A stretch of DNA of 63,559 nt, filler included, from Sluysia triapertura (taxonomy: Eukaryota): the NCBI GenBank assembly GCA_046118255.1. It is 5 parts of 5 records of this genome, joined end to end, with 100 filler letters (N's around TTAATTAATTAA, not from the genome) between each part and the next. Parts side by side here need not be neighbours in the genome. Positions count along the whole stretch, not along the records: positions 1 to 15,803 come from JBJNIA010218251.1; 4 more parts are not named here. The stretch is one strand, 5' to 3'. Positions 1 to 12,489 of the stretch are shown piece by piece; the stretch's first letter is position 1, and every line of letters starts with the position of its first letter. Below the pieces are notes generated by a model. That model saw only the letters and a list, made by a program, of their open reading frames with translations, was not told the origin of the DNA and searched no databases. The position numbers and the translations under genes are program-made.

Positions 1-76
<76 letters not shown>
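1..76. repeat. Compound (AAT)n-(GAT)n microsatellite
   Basis: Direct reading: taa repeats followed by gat repeats at the window start. Confidence 0.95.
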
Positions 77-77
<1 letters not shown>

Positions 78-726
78 GTTATTTAATAGTAGAAATAAAA
101 TAACTATAATAAAAAAGTAAAATACAACAATTTACGTTTATTTTATAAATCTTTAAATCTTATTGTAGGGAACCACACCTATTCACATCAAAATTACAAA
201 CACACTTCATAACATATGAACATTTCTTACATAAAACACTAAATAAATTACTTAAGTCATTTAAAAAACAAGTATAGTCATCGAATATATTTATAGTTAT
301 TATAACCTCTCACAATAATCTCATATCGTCGCAACTCCATCGACATTATTAGATTAAACTAAGTAGTAATTCAATTTAAATTTCATTTTTTTATTTTTAT
401 TACAACTTTTGTTATTGTCAATTATTCTATCTTACCTTTTCTCATTCTTCTTTTCTGTATGTGTTTATTCTTTTTCACCATTCTTTTTATACTTTATTAC
501 AGTTTTATTGCCTTCTCATGCTAGTTACAGATATTTTATTAGATGTGTTAAGAACAAATCCAAAAATTATGCGATTTGATAGAATTATAAAGAAAATCAT
601 TATCGATCAAGTGATAGCCAAGTTCTTATGGAGATATTAAGAGGCATTATGAATCGGATAAAATTCACAAATCTAAATCTTACAAAACTAATAATATGAA
701 AGTGATGATAATCTATCGAAAGGCTG

Positions 727-840
727 ATGAATTCAAATATGATATCACAAGTTATGCGAATTGCGCACTGCGAATATCAAGTTGGTAATTATGAAAGAGC
801 AGAAAAGTAATGCCTAAAAATATGAGCAGAATGAACAACA
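727..840 (+). pseudogene. Relic of the first TPR of O-GlcNAc transferase (OGT-like)
   Basis: Translation MNSNMISQVMRIAHCEYQVGNYERAEK*CLKI*AE* aligns by eye with OGT TPR1 ([25 protein letters not shown]); three in-frame stops. Confidence 0.6.
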
Positions 841-1845
841 TCTTCAACATGAACAGCATGTTAACAAAGAAGAATTGAATGAATGTTGTACTCAATTAAA
901 TCATGAAGATGAAGAAATTTGGAAATTATCACAAAATTGTTATCAATCAATCAATCTCGAAACATTATTCCAGAAGAATATCTAATTACTAATACGCTTC
1001 GAATGATTTATATAATGCTGAGAATCGAATTATGGAATTGATTAATGACCACATTATTAGATTAAAGACAATTTTGTAATAAAATTTAACATTAAATTTA
1101 AATAACAAAATCAAAACTTGAGTTATCCAGAATCAAAATGATTATCCTTTAGTGTAAGACTGTTAGATATATCTATCATTTATAGTAATAATAGTAATAA
1201 CACTAGAGTAATATTTTTTATGAATAAAAATATCGTCCCATAGATAGTAGGCAACGTTGAGTTTAAAAAATCGGTTTTCAGCACAATTTGCAGTTTTTAT
1301 AAATTCGCATACTAAAGGTTGAATGTCACAAATACTGAAAAAATAAGACTTAAATTTGCAAGTTATAGAAACTTATCATATAATAACTTATTAATGAGTA
1401 ACTTTAAATGACGTAGTGTGTGGATGGAGCGACCAAATCATATCGAAGTGCGTTCAAAGAATGAGAATTTACGTTGATAGATAAACTTTTATCAAATATG
1501 AAATCTTTGTGAACTTTTGACAATAGAAAGTCGTAAGTGCTTGTTAACCTTTTGTTGTACTTTCATTCCTTTTATACAAAATTAATGGTGTTGCTTCATA
1601 CAACAATAGCAACAACAATAATAATGTTAAATAATATTTCTAAATTTTTGTAATGATTTGTGTTGATAATTATTATTAATCCTGCCCGGTCCACTGTCGC
1701 GGCAGCTCCGACGCTAATTTAACATAAACATTGAAACGTTTATGCAATCTTTTATATGTCGAAGATAGTCCGATAAGAAAATGTTTAAATTTCGTATTTG
1801 TATTTGCACCGACCCGTCATCATCGTCAAGTTCGGAAAACTGTAC

Positions 1846-2415
1846 CAAAGGTGCGAAAACTAAGGGGTGAGCCCCAGATGGGGGCGCGTGATAATAATTT
1901 GGGGCGCTAAAAATTTTAAAATAGTTAGATTTTATAAACAAAGTTTTGTTTTTTCTTTGAATAATTTTTGTTTTTTTCCCATTTTTTACGTTCTTGATTT
2001 ACCACAATCATCAAGAATATAATTTCAAAGCAAATATATTTACAAATTCATAAAGCAATTATTCATGTGCACTAGAGATGTTATGATATTTGGTACTAGC
2101 AGACTGATTATCACAATCGCCAAACAGCAGCTATTAAATAACAGCGACGTGTTGAAAAAGTATTAATATTTCGCAGAAGTGAAATATATTAACAGACATA
2201 ATATTGCAATTTTGATATAAAGAATTAAAATTTAATTATGTTAATTTTTCTTTATTTTTGCTAAAGAATTAGAACTGCTGTTTTCATAATATTTAATTTA
2301 TAAGAAACAGAAAAATACATTTTGTTATTAAAAAGGTGTTTATTTTATTTATGAAGTTTTTATTATAGTGGTGTTATGATTTTTAAAGTTTAGGTAAAAA
2401 GGTTGCTCACGCCTG
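1846..2415. mobile_element. Non-autonomous hAT-like element (second partial copy at ~54345-54875)
   Basis: Degenerate termini CAAAGGTGCGAAAACT / AGGTTGCTCACGCCTG resemble CAGGGGTG..CAAACT hAT TIRs; internal 1924-2385 matches 54381-54875. No 8-bp TSD recognisable. Confidence 0.6.
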
Positions 2416-2824
2416 GTATAGATATCTCAAAAAATTCATTTATAATATGAAAATAAATCGTTATATTTTACGAATACTATTGAATTAATTGAAAACATAA
2501 AGATATAAAAATAATACATAACAAATTATTCAATTAAATGCATTTTATAAATAAATAAGCAATAAACAATAAAAATGAACCTGGACAAGTGGAACACACT
2601 AGAAAGTTCACTTGATTACTTCCATTATTCAATATATCAACTTTATCGAAATGGTACGAAGTAGCTCCGGCAAAAATATTTTTCAATACTTCCATGTAAT
2701 TTTGATAGAAATTTATAAATTTACCAAAACAGTAAAAATTTATATAACGTTAGCAACAAGGTTAGTTTTTGTTAGAACTTCATATTCAGAATTTATTATG
2801 AAATAGTAATTGTGTTTAAATATT

Positions 2825-2890
2825 TATTATTATTATTATTATTACTACTACTACCAATACCAATACAATACCAATACAATACCAATACCA
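2825..2890. repeat. (ATT)n followed by CCAATA/CAATA microsatellite
   Basis: Direct reading. Confidence 0.85.
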
Positions 2891-5800
2891 AAGCATCAAA
2901 ATTTGAATGGTGTGTGTTTCGCAGATTATTGAAGTCATATATAAAGGAAACATAATAATAATAATAATAATAATTTAATATTCATGTTACACACTAACAA
3001 TAGTTTGGCACACCAACATTTGCAACAGCTACGACAAATCAAGTGCGATTAGTTGCTATTAACAACACAAAACAATACAATTATTATAATTATTATATTA
3101 TTTACATTTTTTGATAATTATTATTAAAGTATTAAAATAAAGTTGTAAAAACAGAGGTTTACTAATAACATGATTTATCTTCTTGTCCTAAAGTTGTATT
3201 GCCTTGTCAAGAACAATGTAACTAGAGCCACTTTTGATAAAAATAAGTAATAAGAAAGATCTGCACTGTTTTTTGACGTTTATGAAGTAAAACTGGATTA
3301 CTTTTTTATCTGATTACAATAAAGATCAATTATGAAGAACTAACCAACAACTGGAAATTAACTAAATACATATCATAGCTACTTTTAAATCTGGATGCTA
3401 ATCACTGTTTTTTCATTTTGTTACAAAAATACATACACAACACTGGACTATTCCATAAAATGTGGAACACTGAACTACATTTATTTCAGTGGAAATTTGA
3501 GTAGTACATAAATCTGACACTACTTAAGTGACCAAACCTATTTTTGTTTTAAAACCTTCTATACCATCGGATATTATTTTTTGTAACCTCAAAGCTTTCT
3601 ACTTCGCATGTCATTTGACATATTGACCCAACAAACTACCTATTACCATCTTTATGATATTTTTGATAATAAATTGAATATTTCTTAATTTACGACAGTT
3701 TAAAAATAATATTACAAAAAATACAAATATTAATTTTATTATTATTCATATTAACTTTATAAAACTTCAATAAAACTAAAATATAATCTTAACAAATAAT
3801 GTTAAATAAAAATAAATCTAAAAATGTCTGTAATATCATCATAGTAATAATAAACGTTATTGTTAGTTAACAAAGCCCAAATTGGTAGTGCTAACTTTAT
3901 TTAAAATCATTTAATAACTTTTTTAATAAAAATAATCAAATATTTGAGCAAAATACTGCGAAATATTAACATTAAGTATCATAATCAAGAAACGTGTTCC
4001 ATTGCTAGACTTGCGAAAAAATTAAAATTAGACGCCTTATTAATACTGGAAATGCTATTATGACTGTTAGTTTTATTGAATCTTCAATGAACTTTCTTTA
4101 GCAAACGTACATGAAATACTTTTATGAAACCCAAACAGTACAAAACTAGAAATTTGAAATATGGAAATTAAAAAGATTTCATCTTACCTAACGTTAGCTT
4201 TAATTAAGAACGTGTTTATAAAATTATAAGATTTATTACTTTAATGATTATATTTGTACAATAAAAAGTTTGAAATTACTTTTACATTCAAATACAAAAT
4301 TACAATCCGATATATTTTAAAATAATACATCTTTAAACATAAATACTAACTCCAAATATAAATAATCAGGTTATCCAATTGTACTTTTTAGAAATTGAAG
4401 ACATTGAAATGTAGTAAATTTATACTAGAATAATTCAAACACCGTCCAGTACATAAATATTATCATTTACAATCATATTAAAAGAAGAATTACGCCCAAA
4501 TATTCTTTAATAAGATTTTAACAAAGAATATTTAAATTTATTTAAATACTACTTAAAGTTGTAAATCAAGGTTGTGAAAATATTTAAACAATGTACAAAA
4601 AAATTGCGACAATAAAACATAATTAATAAATTTTTTAAAGAATGTGATATTGGACTCTAAATCAACTAATCACAATCAGAAACGCATTTTATCACAAGTA
4701 ACACTTCTTACATAAACGAATTATTAAACAAAACATTCAAAACATAAACGTAGTAATAATGATTTATAATTACTATAATTTTACAATTATTATTATCATA
4801 ATAATAATAACTATAATCATAGTAGTAATAACTGTTGTTGTTACAATGCTTGGTTCTTTTTTTATATGTATGTGTGCTTATTTTTATACACATGTTTATT
4901 ATTTCTCGTATTCTATCACTACTTTCAACAATTTTTAAGTTGTTCTATCAAAAATAATAATTTTTTTACAAAAAAACATGATCACTAGAATATGTTGCAC
5001 AATTTATTCTTTCTCATTTATGATTTTTAAAATATTTTGGCGAAACACCTACTTTGTACTATTTATTATCGAAATATGTGTTTCTGATTTTCGAAAATAA
5101 TCTTTGTTTTTAAATGAGATCGAAACATATATTGTTGAAATGCCTTGTATTTGTATGACATTCATTATGCCTTTTTAAAGGATGGGTTTAGTTAACTATT
5201 GGAAATTTATGCAGTGTTTCAGATGAATCATTAGAAGATTGTTTTAATAATTGTTTTTCATTGAAAATTTCAAACAAATCACCAAAAACAGCTTGCTCAG
5301 AAAATCTTATTCAAAAGTCTAAACAAAATCGAAAATAAATATATTATTATTGGGATTCATAATTGTATATCAGGAATATGGAGCTATAAGATGACGAGAA
5401 CTGGTACAAATTGATGGAGTGAACGTTATCGCAATAAGAATCATGAAAGTAAAAACTATAATAATGTTAACATCTAAAGAATACCTTGGCAAATGTACTT
5501 TAATATTTTAACAAACAAAGCCTTATAAAGGGTTTTGTTTTGATTCAAGCATCTTATAAGCTCATTTTATTACTACTATTCATTATAATATCTTATTTCA
5601 ATTCTTCAATGATATTTATTTTATTCATTTTATATCCTCTACTAATTCAAACATTATTCTAATTTTGATTTTTAAGCCATTGATAAGTTAATTTTTATTG
5701 ATTTTTATCTTATTTATCTTAGTGAATTGGAGTAGAATTTGGAAAGAATATAAATATTTTTTTTATATTTAAATTTTTATATTTTTATAAATATTTTATT

Positions 5801-6604
5801 TTTAGTTGCGTTACATCTGGTTTTCTTTTTGGAGGGTTATCGTGTACTTAACGTTGTTAAAGTTGTTAACGTCGTGTATTAAAGTTGTTAATTTTCTTTT
5901 AATTGTAATTATAATCTTTCATTTATATTATTGTCGAGCGGAGATTTACTATAGTAATTTGTATTTGATTTTTGGAATTATTATAACATTGAGTTTTTGT
6001 TTTAATATGAATTAAAGAATATAACGTATGTTTGGGTTGAATAGTAATTAGACCATTAAAGTTGAAGATGATCAAGACATTGATGATGCACCTAATGATG
6101 CTATTCCTGATATTTCTGCTGCTGATCTTGTTCCTGCTGTTGTTACTGCTACTGTTGTTCCTGACAATATTGCTGCTGCCGATACTCGTGGTTTTACTTC
6201 TGTAGTTCCTGCTATTCATGTTGATTTTGAGCTTTCTGCACGGGTTCTATCTCCTCTAGACCAGTTTATCCTAAATATCCAGCAAGCCGTGCTCCTGAGG
6301 TTAATGCAGTCCACCTGAATGTTCCTGACAAACAGAACTACTAATGCATCATGACAAGCTTTACCCACGGTCTGTCCGCAGTTAGGCCGTTGTACTCCAG
6401 GAATCGAGTAAGCCGTGCTTCTGTGGAACCTGCTGCTCACCCGGTTGTTCCAGGTGCTAGTTTGTGTATTTCTTATTTTTCTATTTGTGTATGCCTGTTC
6501 TTTAAATCTGTGAATGATGTTCTGATTTATTATGTAAAATTTATTTTATTTTTCATTCTGAATTCTTTCTTTTACTGGTTAACTTCCAACCCTATTCTCT
6601 CGGG

Positions 6605-7065
6605 AGATGGTCTCGAACCTAATGATCTTTGGCTCTGTAAGATGAGATAGAGCTGTATTTTGTGTCTGTTCGAACACCTAGTGTCTCTTCAAAGTCACAT
6701 CCCTTTCGTAACAATCCGCGACACTTTAAAACATCTATTCTTGGTTACATTCCTGGTTGCAACTTCATTTGTGCAATATTACATATTTTCAACTACATTT
6801 TCCTCCTTCTTACGGAATTAAACAAAGGCCAGTCCTATGTTCTTGACCACAAAGCGCCCATAATAATTCTGCCACCAACTCTAAGGGTAGAACCCTTTCA
6901 TTCCGAACTTGCAGGCTCCTAAATCTACCTGATGCGCCACAACCCTTCCTACTCCAGCTAAATTCTTATGACTGTGGTATTATGGTTTGCGGGTACTTTA
7001 ATGCTCTTTCTTAGGGACGTTCTCTTTCTTCATTTGATCCTGCTGCTATTTGTAGGTTCCTACAT
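6605..7065 (+). other. Ulp1/SENP-like cysteine protease domain 1 of the retroelement (degraded)
   Basis: LEPNDLWL.DEIELYF (L.P..WL.DE.I..Y motif, frameshifted), ILHIFNYIFLLL...YVLD, and QLNSYDCGIMVCGY (NSYDCG at 6961-6978). Confidence 0.75.
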
Positions 7066-7974
7066 CCTTTCTAAAGTAAAAATCTCACTAAGCGGGCTAA
7101 AACCACTGTTAGGGTTTTCATTCTTCCACCATTAATAAAATTATGAAGGTTCTACCATCTAATAACCCTAAATTTATAAATAAAGCTTACGCTAATCCTA
7201 GATTTATATATAAAGCTAAATCTTATTTATATGCCTGGCGCTCCAAGGAGAAACGTATATCACTCTCTGGTGATGAACGTACCATTTTACTTGAAAAACC
7301 TAAACTTTTCTATGTTTGGAATTCCAAACCTAATGCTTCTCACCTCCCTAACCCGAAAACTTTAAATATCAAACAGGTACGTAATCTGCTCCCTTCTAAC
7401 ACTAAATGGCGTCACAAATCTATACTAAGAACAATTAAAACGTCAGATAATCTGAACCTTTACATCATTGTCCCCAATGATGTCTCTTCTGCCCAGCTCG
7501 CTTTTACTGACACAGCAAACTCTCCAATGACATTTAGCTTCTCAACATTAAACTTTATCCTCCAGGAAGACGATAATGTCTTCTTTTGCCAACATCTTCA
7601 ACCTATTATTTATGCTAATGAGGAGATTCGGCTTGGTGAGACTTGCCCGTAGTTCCTCCTCCACTTCTTAGTGATGATTCTGCCGTCGTCTCTGCTGAGA
7701 TTGCTAATAAGGTGTCTTTGCTCTCATGATGATAATTCCATCACATCTGATAATTCTGATGTTAAAAAGGTTATCCACACTAATTGCAATGATACTGCTC
7801 TTGACACCGCACCTCTGAACAATCCTGTTTCTTCACCACGCACTGTTAACTTTGGCCAATCCTCATCTTCACCATGCTCTGTTGATCTTGATGTTGATAT
7901 TGGTTGTTCCATCCTTCTCCGATGTCTTCATCAAAGTCAACTATTGCTAATTATCAAGTGAGAGTGACTTCTAA

Positions 7975-8355
7975 GGGCCTCATCTGTTGTTCTCTGCCTG
8001 GACAACGATTTATATGAAATTCGTCCGCACTATTCCCAAAAACATACTGACCTAATTACTATTTGTTCTTGTGGCTCTACTATCTGATGGGAAAACTTAA
8101 CCTTCTCCCACATCGCCCACTCGAAAGCTCTCGATCCAAATGTCCGTGGAGCAAGCTGCACACACAATGCTCTCCGAACTATTTCCGAAAACCCTGATCA
8201 AATCCTATATACCGTCATTGACCCTAGAACAGTCCGATGTAAATCATGCGGCATAAAACAAAAATTCAATCCCATCAATGCCAGCAGTCGTCGCAGATAC
8301 CAACGCAATAAGCACAAAATCTCTGGTGCGAAAATACTTCTTATATGTTCCTGCT
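7975..8355 (+). other. Cys/His zinc-finger-like cluster of the retroelement (degraded)
   Basis: GLICC.LC..DLYEIRPHYSQKH, ICSCG..H..H, VRCKSCG...KH, ICSC read across frameshifts. Confidence 0.55.
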
Positions 8356-8439
8356 CCCTTGTCTTTGAAGGTTACCCAAACCTTACCCAATATCTTCTTA
8401 ATCACACTTCCCATAATAATCTACCCCCTAAACCGACCA

Positions 8440-8897
8440 CCAGAGGCTTGGATTCAACACATGAATCTGATTGACTAATCCGTGGTGCAATCATGACTTT
8501 CTTTAACGCATACATCGTTGATTCTCATTCTGTGGCGGTGGACTCTATTACTGCCAATTTTGCTATATTCAATGACGAACAGGCTTTTCTGAACAACTTT
8601 CCTTTCTCTAAATGTTCTGCTTGTATCCACCTATACTTGATCCTTAATATCGAATCTCACTGGATCCGTGTCATCTTTAATAAAAAACAGAATTTCTTCT
8701 GCATAATTGACCCTCTTCTGTCTTATCCACGTCACCTTTTCCTTCTGGTGACTATTTATGTAACGTCATGATTACGTCAACTTCTCTTCCTGCAGACTGT
8801 GACCCCTTTATCTGTGATATTGCGTTACAATATAAATGCAACCCTGACATCTTTATGTTTTGTAAGCCTGATATTGAGTACTTTAGAGATTCTCTAT
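8440..8897 (+). other. Ulp1/SENP-like cysteine protease domain 2 of the retroelement (degraded)
   Basis: ILNIESHW (catalytic His), FCIIDP (Asp), ADCDPFICDIA (8792-8824; DCG.FIC motif with G>D) and FCKPDIEYFR (F...D..FR C-terminal motif). Confidence 0.75.
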
Positions 8898-10848
8898 AAT
8901 GTTGTTGCTCTTTCTGTGGATGAGTCGATTAACCGAAAACAATCTCTTTGTCTCAAATTCAGTAAGGAAACTCTCTCCCTGGATGAAGCCTTCATTGAAT
9001 TTTGTGAACTGATTTATCGCCTGCATCCTCCAAAGTTTCGTAATATTATGTCTCAAATTAAATTAAACAGTAACGGGTTTAAGAAAGATATTAATCTTAA
9101 CAAGATATATGAAAAGAATCAGACTAAAGCCTTCCACTGGTAACTGGTACTGACTCTCCTCACATCACTCCTTCTGTTCATGAAATATGTCTTTACTATA
9201 GTTCCGGCGTTGTTCCACCATTCGACCAATCTAAGATTGGTGTGACATCTAACTTACTAGTTCTTCTTTTTCTGAAACTCTTTGTAAAAACTCTGCGCCG
9301 GGACCCAATAAAATCACATTCGAACAAATCAAGAATGTTGATCCCAAAGCGAAGAATCTCCCTCAAAATGTAGGTTATGATGAAAATGTTCGTCAAATAT
9401 TTAAAAATTTTCCTCTTAATAATAATTTCGTCTTTGAGCATAAGAACCACGGTGGTCTTAGTCTCATATCCTCCTACGATGACTATATGTGCCAAAATAT
9501 AGTCTGTGCTTTTAGACTCTTCAATAGTCGCATCTTTTTTATCTGCACCCTTGCGCTGAATGAATTGTTGAAAGTCGCTAGAGCATGACTTAACAAGATT
9601 TCCAATACCTCTGATGCCTTGATGTGGTTAAATGGATGTCAGTTGGACAAATATGCACATCTTCAAACCTGGCGGTCCAAAATTCGCACTGCCCTTATTA
9701 ACTTACAGCGAAAATACAAGATTTCTGTCGCTTTACTCTGCCCCAATGATGACAATCAGATTAAATTATCCATTAGTTATGAATCCTTAGGTGGCAGCGA
9801 AAATAGCATCATTTCTAATCGGTTTCATATTGATAAAATTGGCAAATACCTTCATGAACTTATTAATATTTCCAATAGTAATAATTGAAAATCTCTCAAA
9901 TGTCAAGGTCTTTTTGTTGACTGTCTCATGAAAAGTCCACTCTCGGGCAGACCGCTCTCCCTTCAACTTAGCGATTCGTTCTCAAGGCACGCCACATAAC
10001 CTTCACCTTCACCAAACTTTAACTTGCCGATGGTGTGGGTTTGACAAAGAATCTATTTCTCATGTCCTTTGTTTGTGTTCTCACACTCGCATCGGTTGAG
10101 TGCCTGGTTGAGATTCTTTATCTTAGGGCGTTTCCTTAAAAAAAGGATTCTCAAACGCGATTATTAGGGACACTCGGCGCCAAGATATTCAAGCCCGGGG
10201 TACTAATTCGTCACAACTTTTTCTCATTGATATTAAATCTCCAATTGATATCTATGATAACTTGAAATCTGCGCCAAACCTTAACTTGTCTAAATATGAA
10301 GATCTGCGTGAAAAATTGCAAGTGCAATTTAAGTGTCAGGTTTCCCTCGATACCTTTGTTATGGATACCCTTGGTTCATGGGATCCTGATAATGACCCTC
10401 TTCTTAAATCTTTGGGTTATCGCAAGGCAGAAATTAAGACTCTAGCTTTCCCTAGAGTCTCCAGTTTCCTGACTAACTAATTTATTTCCTCTTGCATGTT
10501 TGAAAGTTTTCTTAGAAATTATTATATTTCTATTTCTTCATTTCTACCGTCAGTTCATGTTCTGGTTCTCCTTTCAATTTTCATTTTTGAACTTTCTTTC
10601 TTCTTCCTCACTAATCATTTCCTCATTTCAAATACTTTTCTCTCTTCACAAACTGGAAGCCGTTACGTCACAATGGTCTAATCCAGAACACTTCAAACTA
10701 TTCCAACCAATACAACCAAGATCCAGTAGCATTAACTTTGAATTTTACAAATTAACACTGTTTTGATCCCATTTTTTAATTATCTTTAATTATTTATACT
10801 TTGTATCATGTGTTAAAAATAAAAGTTTTTTATTTGTGTTAAAAAAAA

Positions 10849-10890
10849 GAACTACGCAGAAGAAGTCCAGGTTTAATTCCGATCAGTCCA
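10849..10890 (+). repeat. 3' half of a tRNA-Arg-like SINE/tRNA pseudogene directly after the retroelement poly(A)
   Basis: GAACTACGCAGAAGAAGTCCAGGTTTAATTCCGATCAGTCCA aligns with GAACTACGGAGCAAGAGGTCCTGCGTTCGATCCCCGGTCAGTCCA at 50556-50600. Confidence 0.6.
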
Positions 10891-10949
10891 TATATTGTAT
10901 TTATTTAAAACCACTCTTCATTAAAAAGTCTTATACCATCGAAAATATT

Positions 10950-11340
10950 CCACACTGTAAGCACTCATTCTATTACATTACAATAATAGGATTTTATGTA
11001 ATAATAATATCAAATTACCGATAGAAAATTTTAAGGAAAAATAAAAAATAAGAAAACAATGCTATTTGACAACCGAGAAAGTCACTAATTTTACAACAAA
11101 AATAATGAGTAAAGAAAATATCACAAATATTATACCAACAAATTAAGAAAGAAAGAACAGATAACATTTTTGTATATTCTTTCTGATATTTACTACATTG
11201 CATACATTGCTCACTATATACAATATAATAACTGGTAGAATAAACATGACAACTGCAAAGATAAGAAAAGATATGTTACTGGTTCTGTTATCATTAATAA
11301 TGATTACAGATGGATCACAAACAATATGTAGGTCAAAATA
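10950..11340 (-). pseudogene. Possible rhodopsin-class GPCR relic (TM5-TM7)
   Basis: FAVVMFILPVIY, KMLSVLSFLICW and NPII occur in correct order and spacing, with stops. Confidence 0.3.
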
Positions 11341-12489
11341 TTTTGATTTATATAACTACAAGCTAAGATAATAGACAACGATGTTCAAATTCATTATATG
11401 TGCCTTAATTCATAAATAAGTCATTTGTGGCTCACGATTTGCATTACTGTTTCAAATGATTTTAGCTTATAATTTTATGGTTGTAAGAATGTTAAGTAAA
11501 TAAATTATTATGAATGTAACTTGATTTGGAGCACTTGTGACAAATCGGAATTTTATTTATTATTAAATATTATTTATATTTTAAACTATTAAAAAAAGTT
11601 ACATCTTTAAAAATTAAACGATAAAAACTTTTAATAATTAATAAATTATGAAACAAAAGTGAAGTTTATAAACATTAAACCAACAAAACTTAACAATTTT
11701 TTATTGTTGAACGAGCATAAAAATATAAAAATAACAAACATAAAAACGTGCATTGCTTCATAATATATCTAACTCGATAAAAATTCCATTGATATGTATT
11801 TGCGGCCGATAATAATTACGTTTGATAAATTTCAATGAAATATCATTAATTTCTTTCAGTGGTGGAATACAAGTCAGTTCAATATAATTATTTGATAATT
11901 CTTGCTCGATAAAATCATCATTGCTCTGGGATATTAACAGTCCACTAACATGAAAAATAGCATCTAGATCGATATATAGGATGTTGTTTCACAAAAGATT
12001 GAATAATAACTTTTATAATAATAATAATAATGAGATAATAATTTTTTCTCATTAATTACTCCATTCTGTTACAAGACATTAGCATATCAGGAATTGTTTT
12101 AAGTTTTACATAAATGCTTGTAATTGATTAAATTTTATTTATATTTTATAATTGTTATATTTTATATCATGGCAACAGCGGTCGTGGTAATCGCAATACT
12201 TTAGTAGTAGTAATAGTAGTAGTGATAGTAATAACGATAGTAGTAATGGTAGTAGTTGTAGTAATAATAATAGTAACAGTAATTACCATAATAACAGACA
12301 TTTTTAATTAAATTTTAGCTACTGATTATTTCAAGCAGCTACAACTTAATTAAAAATTATAATTAAAATAAACAAAAGCAATAATAATAATCTTTGTAAT
12401 AATAATGATAATAAAACAATAATAAATTAATACGATGAAACACTAAGTGACAAAATTCATATTTTCTTAATTACATTCGCTACTTTAAA

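Larger units (their letters stand above)
5806..10848 (+). mobile_element. Decayed RLE-clade non-LTR retrotransposon of the NeSL/Utopia group (Ulp1-ZnF-Ulp1-[RT core deleted]-CCHC-RLE); 5' boundary approximate
   Basis: RT region 0 NSAPGPNKITFEQIKNVDPKAK (9289-9354); thumb HKNHGGLSL...AFRLFNS (~9439-9528); CCHC knuckle CRWCGFDKESISHVLCLC (10025-10078); RLE motifs FLIDIKSP, SKYEDL, TLGSWDPDND (~10220-10396); AATAAA at 10818 and A8 at 10841-10848. Many stops and frameshifts. Confidence 0.88.

Noticed and set aside
727-840. Stop-codon reassignment (TGA/TAA at Trp/Tyr positions in relics)
   Set aside because: Cyclophilin uses TGG for Trp and ends at TGA where homologues end; relics also carry frameshifts, so ordinary decay explains the stops.
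5923-6440. Minus-strand ORFs overlapping the retroelement 5' region (also 7724-7912, 9196-9495)
   Set aside because: Antisense shadows of the plus-strand coding sequence.
10869-10886. GGTTTAATTCCGATCAG resembles the start of nematode SL1 (GGTTTAATTACCCAAG), the NeSL target
   Set aside because: The match is only 9 nt, with no splice donor or Sm site following; the segment aligns better as the degenerate T-arm of the tRNA-like repeat.
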